Source: the human T2T-CHM13v2.0 reference genome, Homo sapiens. Taken from it: DNA of 64,000 bases. The stretch lies in assembly GCF_009914755.1 (NCBI RefSeq), contig NC_060930.1; one strand, 5' to 3'. Both the position numbers and the translations under genes were made by a program. Under the pieces are notes generated by a model, which was not told where the DNA came from, did no database searches, and saw only the letters and a program-made list of their open reading frames with translations. Shown in pieces: positions 12,757 to 28,289 of the stretch (position 1 is the first letter of the stretch; every line of letters starts with the position of its first letter).

Positions 12757-15700
12757 CTTTTCTTTTTTTTTCTTCAACTTTTAAGTTCCAGGGTACACTT
12801 GCAGGATGTGCAGGTTTGTTACACAGGTAAACGTGCCATGGTGGTTTGCTTTACAGATCAATCCATCACCCAGGAATTAAGCCGAATTAAGCCCAGCAAC
12901 CATTAGCTATTGTTCCTTGTGCTCTCACTCCCCCTGGCCACCCTGACAGTCCCCAGTGTGGGTTGTTTTCCTCCATGTGTCCATGTGTTCTCATCATTCA
13001 GCTCCCACTTATAAGTGAGAACATATAGTGTTTGGTTTTCTGTTCCTGCATTAGTTTGCTGAGGATAACGGCTTCCAGCTCCATACAAGTCTCTGCAAAA
13101 GACATCATCTCATACCTTTTATGCCTGCATAGTATTCCATGGTGCATATGTAAATTTTCTTTATCCAGTATATCACTAATGGGAATTTGGGTTGATTCCA
13201 TGTCTTTGCTATTGTGAATAGTGCTGCAGTGAACATATGTGTGAATGTGTCTTTGTAATAGAATGATTTCTATTCCTTTGTGTTTATACCCAGTAACAGG
13301 ATTGCTGGGTCAAATGGTATGTCCACCTCTGATCTCTGAGGAATTGCCATAGTCTTCCACTGTGGTTGAACTAATTTAAACTTCCACCACAGTGCTAAAG
13401 TGTTCCTCTTTCTCTGCAACCTTGCCAGCATCTGTTGTTTTTTTTGACTTTTTAATAGTAGGCATTCTGACTGGCGTGAGATGGTTATCTTATTGGGGTT
13501 TTAATTTGCATTTCTCTAATGATCAGTGATGTTGAGTTATTTTCATGTTTCTTAGCCACATGGATGTCTTCTTTTGGGAAGTGTCTGTTCATGTCCTTTG
13601 CCCACTTTTTAATGGGATTGTTTGTTTTTTCTTTTTTTATAAATTTAAGTTCCTTGTAGACCCTGGATACTAGATCTTTGTCAGATGGATAGATCACAGA
13701 AATTTTCTCCCATTCTGTGGGTTGTCTGTTCACTCTGATGATAGTTTTTGTTGTTGTTGTTGTTTGCTGTGCAAAAGTTCTTCAGTTTAATTAGATACCA
13801 TTTTTCAATTTTTGCTTTCATTGCTATTGCTTTTGGCATTTTCATCATGAAATCTTTGCCAGTGCTTATGTCCTGAATGGTACTGCCTGGGTTTTCTTCT
13901 AGAGTTTTTACAGTTTTGGGGTTTACATTTAAGTCTTTAGTCCCTCTTGAGTTAATTTTTGTATAAAGTATAAGGAAAGGGTCTAGTTTCAATTATCTGC
14001 ATATGGCTAGCCAGTTCTCCCAGCACCATTTATTAAATAGGGAATCCTTTACCCATTCTTTGTTTTTGTCAGGTTTAAGATCAAATAGTTGTAGGTGTGT
14101 GGTCTTATTTCTGAGTTCTCTATTCTGTTCCATTGGTCTATGTGTCTGTTTTTGTACTGGTACCATGCTGTTTTGGTTACTGTAGCCTTATAGTATAGTT
14201 TAAAGTCAGGTAGCATAATGCCTCCAGCTTTGCTTTTTTGCTTAGGATTGTCTTGGCTATTCAGGCTCTTATTTGGTTCCATATGAATTTTAAAATAGTT
14301 TCTTCTAATTCTGCGAAGATTGTCAATGGTACGTTAATGGGAATAGCATTGAATCTATAAATTACTTTGGGTAGTATGGCCATTTTCACAATATTGATTC
14401 TTCTTATCCATGAGCATGGAATGTTTTTTCATTTGTTTGTGTCCTTTCTGATTTCTTTGAGCAGAGGTTTGTAGTTCTCCTTGAAGAGGTCCTTCACTTC
14501 AATTAGCTGTATTCCTAGGTATTTTATTCTTTTTGTGGTAATTGTGAATGGAAGTTTATTCATAATTTGGCTCTCTGCCTGCCTGTTGGTGGTGTATAGG
14601 AATGTTAGCAATTTTTGCACATTGATTTTGTATCCTGAAAATTTGTTGAAGTTGCTTATCAGCTTAAGAAGGTTTTGGGCTGAGACTATGGGGTTTTCTA
14701 AATATAGGATAATGTCATCTGCAAACAGGGATAATTTGACTTCCTCTCTCCCTGCTTAAATACCCTTTATTTCTTTCTCTTGCCTGATTACCCTGGTGAG
14801 AACTTCCAATGCTATGTTGAATAGGAGTGGTGAGAGAGGCATCTTTTTCTTGTGCCAGTTTCCAAAGGGAATGCTTCCAGCCTTTGCCCATTCAGTATGA
14901 TATTGGCTATGTGTTTGTCATATATGGCTCTTAATATTTTGAGATATGTTCCTTCAATACCTAGTTTATTAAGAGTTTTTAACATAAAGGGATGTTAAAT
15001 TTTATCAAAGGCCTTTTCTGCATCTATTGAGATAATCATGTGGTTTTTGTCTTTGTTTATGTTTATGTGATTAATTACATTTATTAATTTGCATGTGTTA
15101 AATCAAACTTGTATCCTGGGGAATAAGCCAACTTGATTGTGAGAGACAGGCTTTTTAGATGTACTGCCTGATTCGGTTTGTTCGTATTTTATTGAAGATT
15201 TTTGCTTCGATGTTCATCAGGGGTATTGGCCTGAAGTTTTCTTGTTTTGTTGTTGTATCTCTTTCAGGTTTTGGTACCAGGATGATGCTGGCTTCATAAA
15301 ATGAGTTAGGGAGGAGTCCCTCCTTTTCAATTGTTTGGGATAGTTTCGGTAAAAATGATACCAGCTCTTCTTTTTACCTCTGACAGAATTCAGCTGTAAA
15401 TCTGTTTTTGTTTGTTTGTTTGTTTGTTTGTTTTGTTTTGTTTTTACTTGGCAGGCTATTGATTACTACTTCAATTTCAGAACTTGTTATTGGTCTATTC
15501 AGGGATTCAATTTCTTCCTGGCTCAGTCTTGGGAGGGTATATGTGTCCAGGAATTTATCCATTTCCTCTAGATTTTCTAGTTTATGTGTATAGAAGTATT
15601 CATAGTATTCTCTAATGGTTGTTTGTATTTCTGTGGGGTCAGTGGTGATATCCCCCTTATTTTGATTGTATCTGTTTGGTTCTTCTCTCTTTTCTTCTTC

Positions 15701-16077
15701 ATTAGTCTAGCTAGCAGTCTATTTTATTATTATTTTTAAATAACCAGCTCTTGGATTCATTGATTTTTTGAAGGGTTTTCCGTGTCTCTATCTCTCAGTT
15801 CTGCTCTGATCTTGATTATTTCTTTTATCCTGCTAGCTTTGGGGTGTGTTTTCTCTTGGTTCTCTAGTTCTTTTAGCTGTGATGTTAGGTTGTTGATTTA
15901 AGATCTTACTAGCTTTTAGATGTGGGCATTTAGTAATATAAATTCCTTTAACACTGCTTTAGCTGCGTCCCAGAGATTCTGGTACATTTTCTCTTTGTTC
16001 TCATTAGCCTCAAAGAACTTCTTGATTTCTGCCTTAAATTCATTATTTACCCGGGAGTCATTCAGGAGCAGGTTGTT
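12757..16077 (-). mobile_element. 5'-truncated L1PA (about PA8-13), about 3.3 kb
   Basis: L1 3' UTR and broken ORF2 fragments ([27 protein letters not shown]). Confidence 0.95.
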
Positions 16078-17524
<1,447 letters not shown>

Positions 17525-17622
17525 TCTTCTTTTCAAAGTAAGTCTCCAGTGGGCTTTTCTGGAGGCCCAAGTAACTTGCATTTATCAGTTTATAGGATTT
17601 AGATTCTGCAGTGAAGCCAGGG

Positions 17623-17712
17623 ATAACACAAGTAAAGCAAACTTTTGAAATTAAAGCAACATGCAGCTACATAACCAAAGAGCTCTATCTTATAGCTGTG
17701 GTAAAATATTTA
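17623..17712 (+). pseudogene. RNase9/13-like C-terminal remnant (possibly the rest of F)
   Basis: ITQVKQTFEIKATCSYITKELYL then (frameshift) SCGK; compare RNase9 AFEIPACKY and RNase13 KLYLLC. Confidence 0.45.
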
Positions 17713-18039
17713 TGAGACAAGAATTTCACAACAAAGCTGAAAAATATGTTAGATGCATATTGGTGGAGAATATTTTATTCTTCTTTTTTTTCTGAGAAGA
17801 ATTGAACCGATAAGCCACATTTGATGAATGTTATGAATAATTCAGCTGGGTATGTTTGAGCATCAGAGACATATAATTTTTTAAAAAGCCAGAACTTTAT
17901 CAATATATCAATATACAGTGGTGATGACATAACAAAGTTATTTTAAGGGTACACAGGAATAGGGACTTAGGTTTGGTACAACATCCAAACATCATGAAAA
18001 CAAGAGCATATTTCATGAAGAATCCAGGGCAGCCTTGAG

Positions 18040-18290
18040 ATCTTCTCCTTGTTTCTCTAGTGCTAGGGGAGAGAAATTCTTCAAAGTAAACCAGAAGTAC
18101 AATATGCACAGAGGCCACAAGTAGTCTGGGTGTTATATTTTGCTGCAACCTGAGGAGGAACAGGTAGTCATATTTTCATGCCCATATCCACCATTGGAGT
18201 AGCTCAATTACCTCTGTATATCTGCTAATGTCTGCCTTGTATCAAATGTCTTCTAGTGACATTCTTTTTCCCCTCTTGACTTCCACTTGG
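18040..18290 (-). pseudogene. Inverted paralogue of remnant B, C-terminal half (C)
   Basis: DNA similarity to 11118-11320 (55/69 identical in the core); SRGEKECH*, PMVD, PP..C, LLVASVHIVLLVYFEE. Confidence 0.6.
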
Positions 18291-18309
18291 CCCATAATTT
18301 TCTCTTCCC

Positions 18310-18600
18310 TGTGATTTTGACTCACCAGGAGCCCAGAGGCCATCAGTTACCTCATAGGATCCTTTCAGCTTCTACTTGCACTCCAGCAACTTTCATTCAC
18401 AGTTCATATTCCCAGGAGAGATGAGCTGATTGATCCACCCCATCTTTTCATATCAATCCGTGGCACAATTTCTGACTGGCCTTTGGGTCAGATGCCACTT
18501 TCAGTCCAATCATTTGTTAATGGGAAAGTCACATGGTTCATAACAGGGAATTTAGGTGAGGAACTTTCATTCACAAGAATTGGGTCTTGATATATTATGA
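18310..18600 (+). mobile_element. MLT1-type MaLR LTR fragment (strand tentative)
   Basis: TCTGACTGGCC..TTGGGTCAGATGCC..AGTCCAATCA..GTCACATGG pattern. Confidence 0.55.
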
Positions 18601-18765
18601 GACCACTCTCAGTGACTATGGAAATCTAAGCAAGTCATTAACTAGCTTTAAGCACTCTGTGCCTGTCTCACCAGATTTTTGTAATCATGATATGAAATAA
18701 TTTATGTGAGAGCCCTTTGTAACTTCTAAAGTAAACTATCATGATATGAATATGCATATATTTAA

Positions 18766-19080
18766 TTCTTTTCTTTTTCTTTTTTCTTTTTTTTTTTTGA
18801 GACAGGGTCTCACTCTGTTGCCCAGGCTGGAGTGCAGTAGCATGATCTGGGCTCACTGCAACCTCCACCTCCCGGTTCAAGCAATTCTTCTGCCTCAGCC
18901 TCTCAAGTAGCCCAGACTACAGGCACATGCCACCACACCTGGCTAATTTTTGTATTTTTAGTAGAGATTGTGTTTTACCATGTTGTCTAGGCTGGTTTCG
19001 AACTCCTGGCCTCAAGTGATCCACCTGCCTTGGCTTCCCAAAGTGCTGGGATTACAGTTGTGAGCCACTGTGTCAGGTCT
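18766..19080 (-). mobile_element. AluS/J
   Basis: Poly-T plus reverse complement of an Alu dimer. Confidence 0.93.
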
Positions 19081-19528
19081 CTTAAATTTATTTTTTAAAT
19101 TATTCAGTTCCATGTATGTAACAATTGGCTCTGAGGAATTTGTGGTCAGTTCTCAAGAACAAGGTGCTTGTTACAGATTCCCTTAAATGTGCCAACAGTC
19201 TGAATTAGAGCTTCTTAATGTAATTCAGGTCATTTCAGTTCAGATGAATATTTCTGTGTGCCTCTTCAGTACATAATGAACTACATTAAGGTCTCTAGCC
19301 CAGTGCTGAACACTGTCCAGTTTTTAGGAATAGGACACTATGTAATGTCTTCCCCCCACCACACACACACAAATATCTTGTTTTGAAAATATTTTCGTGA
19401 CTATAGTAATTATTTATCAATTGCCAGCTTCCAGGAAGATACTACATAGGCCTTATCCTCAAGGTCTGACCATGTTGAAGGACTTAAAAATGGATTTCAC
19501 AATACTATAAAATATAAAGTGGAACTAT

Positions 19529-20225
19529 TGTTTTTTGAGATAGTTTATCCAGCTGCACAACTGGACTAAGTAGGGGGTATAGCCCCCACACAAGGTCACT
19601 CTCACTTCTGACACCAGTTGAATGTTTAGGGATGGGAGCGGATTTCCAAAACCACCTTTGTATTTGATAATTCACTGGAAAGGCTCACCAAACTCTCTAA
19701 AAGCTGTTATACTCGTGATTATGGATTACTACAAGGAAAGGATGCAAATTAAAATCATCCAAGGAAAGAAGTACGTAAGACAGAGTCCAGGGAAGGTGGC
19801 ACGAAGAGAGCTCCTGCTGTCCTCCCCCCTGGCATCATGGACACATTCCTTTCCCAACACCAATGTGAGACAACATGCATGGAGTATTGCCAACCAGGAA
19901 AGCTCACCCAAGATTTTGTTGTCCAGAGATTTTATTGCGGCTCAATCACACACTGCTGTGTGGTTAATCTTTAGTCTCCAGGATTTGCCAGAAGTCATAC
20001 TGACATCTTTAACCTCCAGTTCCCTCCAGAGACAAAACTCAAACCACATGGCCAAAAGTCCCATCATAAATCACGTTGTCAGACTGTCAGATGGTCAAAG
20101 CCTCCAGGCAAACAAAGACCCTCCTCCCCTCAGGCATGAAATATCAGGCATTTAGATCTCACCTTCCAGTAGCTTAGGGCAAAGTCCAGACCTCTCTTTG
20201 AGTAAGGTTAATTCTTATCACTACA
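19529..20225 (-). mobile_element. MER21-type LTR
   Basis: Ends in CCTCTCTTTGAGTAAGGTTAATTCTTATCACTACA, the reverse complement of the MER21 5' end. Confidence 0.75.
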
Positions 20226-20429
20226 CAATAACTAAGTGTAATAAGTGACATTTAACTCAATGAGAATTCTAGTAAGATGATGCTCAGGGAGGTTAGAGAC
20301 CACTGGTGAGGCTGGGATAGAATCACATAAAATTGATATGCTGTATACAGAGGTAAAAATATGAACCAAGATAATCTAAGAAAGCAAACAAGGCAGGTTT
20401 TTCTATTTTCAGCCTGTCTTCCTATTTAC

Positions 20430-21463
<1,034 letters not shown>

Positions 21464-21489
21464 GTATTTTTCAAACTAGTTATAACTGC

Positions 21490-21720
21490 ACTGGTAAACG
21501 GCTATCATTGCATCCAAGGAAATAACAACTTCAGTAACAGGTGCTCTGTCTCTGCCTTTGCTGTGGAGAAAAGATTTTGCCATGCTTATTCTTTGTGTTT
21601 GAAGCTTTCATATCTGAGAACTGTTACTTGTGATTATCACTGGAATAGACCAGATCCATTGATCTTCACATGACTGTCACATCAAATCTGTCTGGCAGCA
21701 AGCACGATGTTATTTCTTTG
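21490..21720 (+). pseudogene. Decayed RNase A-family remnant (D)
   Basis: YH..NRC..EKRFCH..YLRTVTC..YHWNRPDPLIFT then (+1) DC-HIKSVWQQAR-CYF (C-x10-C); DNA GTGG..AAAAGA..TTTTGC shared with B. Confidence 0.5.
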
Positions 21721-22199
21721 TAGAGTTTCTCACATTTACTAAAAAAGACGATAGCAAAAGTGGAGTGGATAAGATATACATAGGAATTATGGCAGGGTGG
21801 ACAGGACTGGGAAACATGCTGCATTTAGATACATGATCAAAATACTTCATGGTGTCATGCAGAATGACTCTGTAAACACAACAATCTGTGCTGACCTATG
21901 GATTAAGCTTTAGTTTCTACAGCAATATTCCACACATAACTGTCTTACTCCCCACTTGCAAAAACTACCATGCACAATAAACTAACATGTGGGAAGTGAG
22001 AAAAAATGTAGGAAGAAAAAAAAATAATCCAAAGAAAGAAGGTACACAAGAAAGAAAAACCATTGCTAGAATGTATAAATCATGGTATGATTTATAACTT
22101 GTATAAGCAAGCACTGAAATATTTAATTTCATGCCATTTGTAATGTAAAGCACAGCCAGGCTGACTAGTTTTGATAGCAGGGGAAGGGGGTTTACAGAA

Positions 22200-22762
22200 A
22201 TGGCCTTTCAAGAATACTGGAAGCTGTAGAGAACTACAGCTCAGAAGCCCCTGACCACTGACTCTGTTCACATCCCTCAGTATGATGGCATTGCTTTAAT
22301 GATGCTGAGTATAGATCAAGAACCAGGAGAGCCAACTATTTGCGAACATTACCTTAATTCAGTGATTTTCAACTGCATGCTGTTTATTCCCCAGGGTGTA
22401 GTTGGCAATGTCTGGAGGCATGTTGGGCTGTCACAACATCTGGTGAGTGGAGCTCAGGCTTACTGCTAAACATCCTAAAATGCACAGGACAGCCTCCCAC
22501 AATAAAAAATTATCCAGTCCAAAGTCGGTAGTTCTGAGGCTGAGGAATGCTGCTTTGAATAGAGGCACACTGATTATTTGCGTAAAGTCTACCTGAATAG
22601 TCATGTATGGCCCCACATTAAAGAGCTACTCTACACACTAATTGACCTCATGCTGATACCACTGCCGTTTCACCAGTAACTGCATATACTTATTGAATCT
22701 CTAGGCCAAGAAAAGCTGTATTATGATATGCTGCATGCGCTTCTTTTCTGCCTTACTTTCAG
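22200..22762 (+). pseudogene. Decayed RNase A-family remnant (E), interrupted by MER20
   Basis: GIALMM..QEPGEPTIC; DYLRKVYLNSHV; LTSC(22651)-x9-C(22681)IY...KKSCIMIC(22729); compare RNase7 LTMC-x9-CRY..KSYVVAC. Confidence 0.65.
22360..22553 (+). mobile_element. MER20 (hAT-Charlie)
   Basis: CAGTGATTTTCAAC..GGCAATGTCTGGAG..TGCTAAACATCCTAAAATGCACAGGACAGCC..GGCTGAGGAATGCTG. Confidence 0.9.
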
Positions 22763-23188
22763 TCACTTTTTTTTTTCTAGCCTTGGTGAGTTAAATCATG
22801 AACATAACCTAATCTTACAACAGAGGGAGAAATGTGAATGTTTGTGTAGGTGAGGGTGGCCTCTTCCTGCCCGTCTGTATTGTATCTAAAATGCTAAATC
22901 TATCTTTAAAAATTAAAATCCATAGGGAGTCTGAGAGATGTTTTAGATAATTGTTTCTAACTCCTTTCTTCTTGCCTTTTTGGCAAAATTGTATTAATAA
23001 GAGCAAAACAAACTGCTTTGAGTTTTATCTTGTATGTCCCATAACTGCTTTCAAATTTAAAAAACATAATGACATGTCTTAGAAAGCAGGTTGCAGGAAG
23101 GAAGAAAAAACAAAAGACTCTAAAAAACATCAACTAGAAAAATAATTCCTACAAAGGTCCCTAAGAAGATTCTAAAAACTGACTGGAC

Positions 23189-23410
23189 TTGGAACATTTC
23201 TATTGTGCTGTATTTTATAACACAATTCCAGTCATTGTGGATTTCCCCCAGATTATTTTATATTTTTTGCTTATCTCATTTTGCAAATCAGAGAAAAGAC
23301 CCTCTTTCTATCATGCAAATTTATTCTTCCTATTTCTAGTCCATCAATCTTCATGTGTGGTAATAAATGTGATAGATATATTCTGTCACGATAGCTTTAT
23401 TTTTCAATAA
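23189..23410 (+). pseudogene. RNase12/13-like remnant (G), N-terminal half
   Basis: LEH..FY....VDFPQ...FC...FLVHQ...IFCHDSF; compare RNase12 LEHLHVDYPQ and RNase13 FYTLSIDYP..IH..FCKYSDSF. Confidence 0.5.
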
Positions 23411-25041
23411 TTTTAGGTTTTCCCACTGGAAATTTTTGGGAAATGGTATAGCATACACCTCAGATTTGTCTCTTCCTCCTGAGATAAGGAAAAAGAAGCT
23501 GGGGTAATTTATGCTACAATTCTTGTCAACCAGTGGCTGAGGACTGTCCTGGGAGAATGTGTGGATGCTAAGAGAAAATGTGTAGAGAGCATAAATGCAT
23601 TAACAGCTTTTTCAATTCCTTTTCAGGGAGTCAGTGATGGCTTCCTTCCCTAAACGATGTCGATATTACATTACTTTTAGTAAAGTTGTACAGCTAAGCA
23701 CAAAGTAAAACCAACAATAATGTAACTCCTCCAAATCAAGAGATATGAGTGTGGAAGGGTGGTAGGAGGTAATAAAATTGCACTTTCCTCATCTTGCTTA
23801 CCAAGGAGTAAGGAGAAAAGGGTGATTTATAAAGAAACAGAAATATATGCTTATTGTTTACATTTGTAATTTTTAAAAATCAAGTGGATGGATGGCAGTC
23901 ACTGGTTTGGTTTTTCTTTTATTGTTTCTTCTAACCCTGCTGTTTTGCATCTTTTTTTCTCATCCCTTAGCTACATCTTGGGCCAATTCTGTAACTTTCT
24001 GGTCACTTTCAGCTACTAAAGTTCAGACTAATTTAATGCATCAATCTGAAACTCGATTTTAATCGTAGATCTTCCCTTTCTACCCCACGTCCATTTTCAA
24101 TAATAGATTTGACTCGTAATCATGGCTGCTAGAGTGACGGGGAGATGGAGTCTACTCTGACCTCCTTCTCCCATTTCATTTTCTGCGTTTAGATCTCCTG
24201 GGGTTCTGGGGGAGAAATATTAGTGGCAAGGTGTATTTATACAACTACCTGAAGGCTGTTCATGGGCACTAGCCCCTGGTCTTGCTCTGATTTGAGTTCA
24301 TTTTCCTTGCTGCTGGTGACATTCATGGTCATGAGAGTCCCCAAATGGCTGTATGAGTGTTTTTCTTAGTGCAGTGTTCCCCAGTATTCACCCAGGCCTC
24401 ATCTGTTATTGTTGCCCCATTCAGAGATAGCAGCAGTGTCTCCTTAACCATGACAGTGGTTCATGCCCACAATTACTTTTCTGGAATGGACAAAACCCTG
24501 CTAGGGTTAGCAGCCTCCTCAACTCATACTTCCTCATTTAACTGCTATGCCCCATCTCAGGGAGACAAAGGAACTGCACACATCTTCTTTTGTACCCCTT
24601 CCAAGATCACAGAGAACTGAGATGATTTGAGAGGCTGGTTTCCACCATCTCCTTCTAATCATACACCACAACCCCTTCCTAAGAACATGTATGCTCCTTT
24701 ATACTCCACGGGAAACACCAAGGTGGCTGTGCAGATCCTGCAAATCAACAAACATTCAGCCTTCCATTAAGAGGCAAGTGCACTCTCAGCACCACCTCTA
24801 TCACTGATTCCCCTGGAGGGAATCCTCTCACTCACTTGCAAAGGAGAAAGTCTCTCACTGTGAACACTGTACTTCTCAATGTCTCTAGTTACAATCGATT
24901 TAGGCTCCCCTTCCCTAGTCCTCTCTGTGTAGACTAAGAATAGGGCCATTGATGAGAGTTAGACCATTCCTACAGCCTCTTGCTAAATTGGAAGAGAAGG
25001 CCATGATGTCAGTTAAAGATTCCTTCTCTGGAATCAAGAGT

Positions 25042-25235
25042 AGAGTTTCTCAAACTTCAAGGTAATTTCCTCAATATAATTTCCTCAACGCAACATACAA
25101 CTTGGAGATTCTTATTAAAATACAGATCCTGGTCCACTAATTCTGGGCTGGGACCTGAGATTCTGCACTTCTAACAAGCTCCTAGGTGATGCTCAACTTG
25201 CTGATTTACAGACCACACTTTGAGAGGTAAGGATA
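25042..25235. mobile_element. MER5A-like DNA transposon
   Basis: AGAGTTTCTCAAACTT..CTGGGACCTGAGATTCTGCACTTCTAACAAGCTCCTAGGTGATGCT..GACCACACTTTGAG. Confidence 0.8.
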
Positions 25236-25539
25236 AAGCAAGTAGCTTTTAACCACAGCTTTGTGTGCCTTAGTTACAAATTCCAAGGAGAGATGGAGGA
25301 GGGAGCTATACAAGCAAGGCAAGGGAGGACATTTTTATTTTCTATTTTAAATTATCTTATATTATTTGGAATTTGTTTTGTCTCTACTTTTTTTTTAATT
25401 TTAAAATACAGAGGGTTAAGCAGCACAAAAATAATTTTTGAAAATTGTCATACTCATTGGAGGGACTTTGAATAATTTTTTTGTATTTATATGGAGTCTC
25501 TAATTTTGTTTTCTTTTTGATATAAGTGAAGGAAATACC

Positions 25540-25740
25540 AGCTGCTATCAGTTAAGCAGTTAATGTCTTTCTCACTTAAGATGGACCTCATGTTGGTTTA
25601 GAAAATATCTGCTAACCAAAAAGGAATTTTAAATGCATTAAATTAGACTTTGGGGATAGTACACTATGCCCGGACTAAATTACTTTTGAATTCCTGTTTG
25701 TTAAAGACAGAAAGAATATAAACAATCCATATGCATTTAG
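25540..25740 (+). pseudogene. RNase12-like remnant (H)
   Basis: VNVFL...LENIC(25610)-*PKRNFK-C(25634)...LC(25667)..FEF then (-1) VC(25699)-x10-C(25732)I*. Confidence 0.6.
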
Positions 25741-26091
25741 AATATATAACATGAAACCCTGAAAATTTCCAATATCATTCCGCCAAATAAAAACTTCCCT
25801 CAAGGGGATTTACCCAGAGAAAATACACGGATGCCTCAATGTTCAGAGTGTTTTCATCGGCATTCCTGATGCCTTACTTGGTTAGTGCTTCTACCCATAT
25901 TAACTGTAGGGATTTTCACTGTTATCTCTTTTCTAATGTGAGGCTCCCCTAACGCAAGTCTTTTTGATTTATTCTTTGCTTTTCTTTCTTGCAAACTCTC
26001 TATCTTGATGTTGTGCTGCTGAGGTTAATTGAGGATTCACGCTCTCAGACTTCAGTCCTATTTCAGGTTAGCCGCAGGTTCCCTGTACACT

Positions 26092-26125
26092 TAGCGCCAT
26101 CTCTGGTCATGAACTGGAACTGCAA
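26092..26125 (-). promoter_or_regulatory. Putative CTCF site (core plus upstream ZF9-11 motif)
   Basis: Minus strand reads TGCAGTTCC-6 bp-TGACCAGAGATGGCGCTA. Confidence 0.65.
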
Positions 26126-26163
26126 GCCAGGAAAATTCCAGAGTCATTCTCAAATCTTTGGAG

Positions 26164-26580
26164 TTGGCCAGGCTCTCTAATGTGGCCTGGGCTGTATTTT
26201 TATCTCTGAATCTGCTAAAGAATCTGCCCATGGGCTTGCCTGCTGCCATACTTTCTAATCTTCAAGTAGCTAGTCTCAAACTAATGCTTTTATAACACCC
26301 CCAAAAGTAGTAAGTTTCAGCAGAGAACCAACTGATGTATTGGAGGCTAGCTCTGCATACAGTGCAAGGTGCAGACTTAAAACTTTTTTAAAAAATTCGA
26401 TTGTTGAGATGTCTTAGGTGTTCTCATTTTGCAGGGGCTTCCATGGGCATTTAGATATGTAATTTCCTCAAAAAGCCTGCTAGGTAGGCTACTTTGATTT
26501 CCAAGCTAAAATGTTATTACTCAATATAAAAAATCTTTATATTGTGCTTTTTAAAAATGAATTTTAACCTAGTCCATTAG
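26164..26580 (+). pseudogene. Decayed RNase A-family remnant (I)
   Basis: Signal-like (TTG)ARLSNVAWAVFLSLNLL; RCRLKTFLKNSIVEMS*VF (26370); SMGI*IC (26458); KCYYSI*KIFILC (26545)...LVH (CAT 26575). Confidence 0.65.
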
Positions 26581-26729
26581 GGTTTCACCTAAAGAAGTAT
26601 GTATTCTGGGACTAGGGGACATTGTAGAAGCCCTCAACCCACACTACAAAGCAGCTTATCCTTTTATATTATTATTTTTTGACTGCAAGAAGTCAATTGG
26701 CTATAGCTGTAGGATTTAATTTTTCTGTA

Positions 26730-27095
26730 ACTACTCAGTCATAAAAAGGAACGAAATAATGTCTTTTGCAGCAACTTGGATGGAGCCGGAGGCCATTATT
26801 CTAATTGAAGTAACTCAGGAATGGAAAACCAATCATCATATGTTCTCACTTTGTAAGTGTGAGCTAAGCTATGAGGATGTAAAGGCGTAAGAATGATATA
26901 ATAAACTTTGGGGACTGTGGAGGAAGGTTGGGAGGAAGGTGAAGGATAAAAGACTACATATTGGGTACAGTGTACACTGCTTGGGTGACAGGTGCACTAA
27001 AATCTCAGAAATCACCGCTAAAGAACTTATCCATGTAACCAAAAGCCACCTGCACCCCCAAAGCTATTGAAATAAATAAAAATTAAATAAATCAG
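26730..27095 (+). mobile_element. L1PB/L1MA 3' end
   Basis: ACTACTCAGTCATAAAAAGGAACGAAATAATGTCTTTTGCAGCAACTTGG to an A-rich tail. Confidence 0.88.
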
Positions 27096-27212
27096 GATAT
27101 ATCCAAGGCCTACCAAAAAAAATTTCCTGTAGCTGTAAGAAACAAAGATGCATCTATGCTAACATAAAATGAATTGATATATAGATATTCCAAGTAATTC
27201 AGAAATTAGGTA

Positions 27213-27600
27213 ATTTTGAAATTAAAACAATTCACATTGTAGAGACAGAGATGATGCATACATCAACATTATTGAAAATTGTGGAAATTTAATTTTTAAA
27301 CTTTCTGAATTTTTGATGATTTCCCAGAAAAAAATCATTTATCTAAAGAAAGACTGATTATCCAGATTATGTATCTGGAAGGTTGTCTGCCATTGTCTGC
27401 TAGAGGGTTTGGTTATTTCTCTGTGAAATAACTGTAGATTTGGCTTTAAGGTCAAGATACTGACACCTACAATTTGCAACTTCACCCATGAAAAAACTTA
27501 CCCTTATATTAAGCAATGGCATAAATTCTAACTAATATATGCCAAATCATTATAAAAAAAAATATTAGGAAGAAAAAGAAATTGTTGCTATGTTTTCTTA
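27213..27600 (+). pseudogene. Decayed RNase A-family remnant (J)
   Basis: IHI...NC(27280)-x13-S(TCC); RLCIWKVVCHC; NNC(27433)...TIC(27475)NFTHEKTYP; later C...KLLLCFL (27591). Confidence 0.55.
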
Positions 27601-28289
27601 GTATTAAAAGATAAAGTTAAAACGTATTTCTCTACATGAGGTTAAGTTCAGGAAATAAGGTACTTGCAAGAGTGTCCTCTACTTCAGTGGTGAATAGATT
27701 AAACCAAAAATTATCAGAAGTCTGATTTAAAAATGTATCTTTGGGCATTTTATTTGTTTAAAAAACACTCAGGACTTCATGACAGATTTGCACCTCCTTA
27801 GCTCCACTCTTAGGATTTGGCAAGAGGTAAATGACTGACTCTTTTCTAGTTAGTCAGGTTAAAGACATCCACCAGTGAGCATGAAAACCCAAGAGAATCC
27901 TGAAGACGATCCAAAAGGGCAAGAGGATGAGCTACCTCCCCCAAATATTAAAACAACTCAATCTATAAAGAATCTAAATTAAAACAATATGGGATATGTG
28001 CACGGTTTAGACAAAATCATGAAAAAAGGAATATCCTGCAATTTATACACAAATAATATATGGTAAAAGGACGATCTCAATATCTCAATTTTGTGTGAAT
28101 ATTGTTTGGGTTTTTGTGGGTTTTCTTGGGGGGTGGTGGTGGTTAGTGATATTCAGAAAGAACTGTATAGCCCCGTGGATAAACAGAAAAATTGGATCCA
28201 TTACTCACACTACACAGCAAGATAACCTTCAAATGGATCAGAGATTTAAACAAAAAAAAAGAAATGATACAAGTGATAGAAGAAATTTA

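Noticed and set aside
19090-19240. Possible N-terminal half of minus-strand remnant C
   Set aside because: Only scattered short motifs (KFLR, IHG) without correct cysteine spacing.
19622-20155. 177-aa ORF
   Set aside because: Lies wholly inside a MER21 LTR with no recognisable domain.
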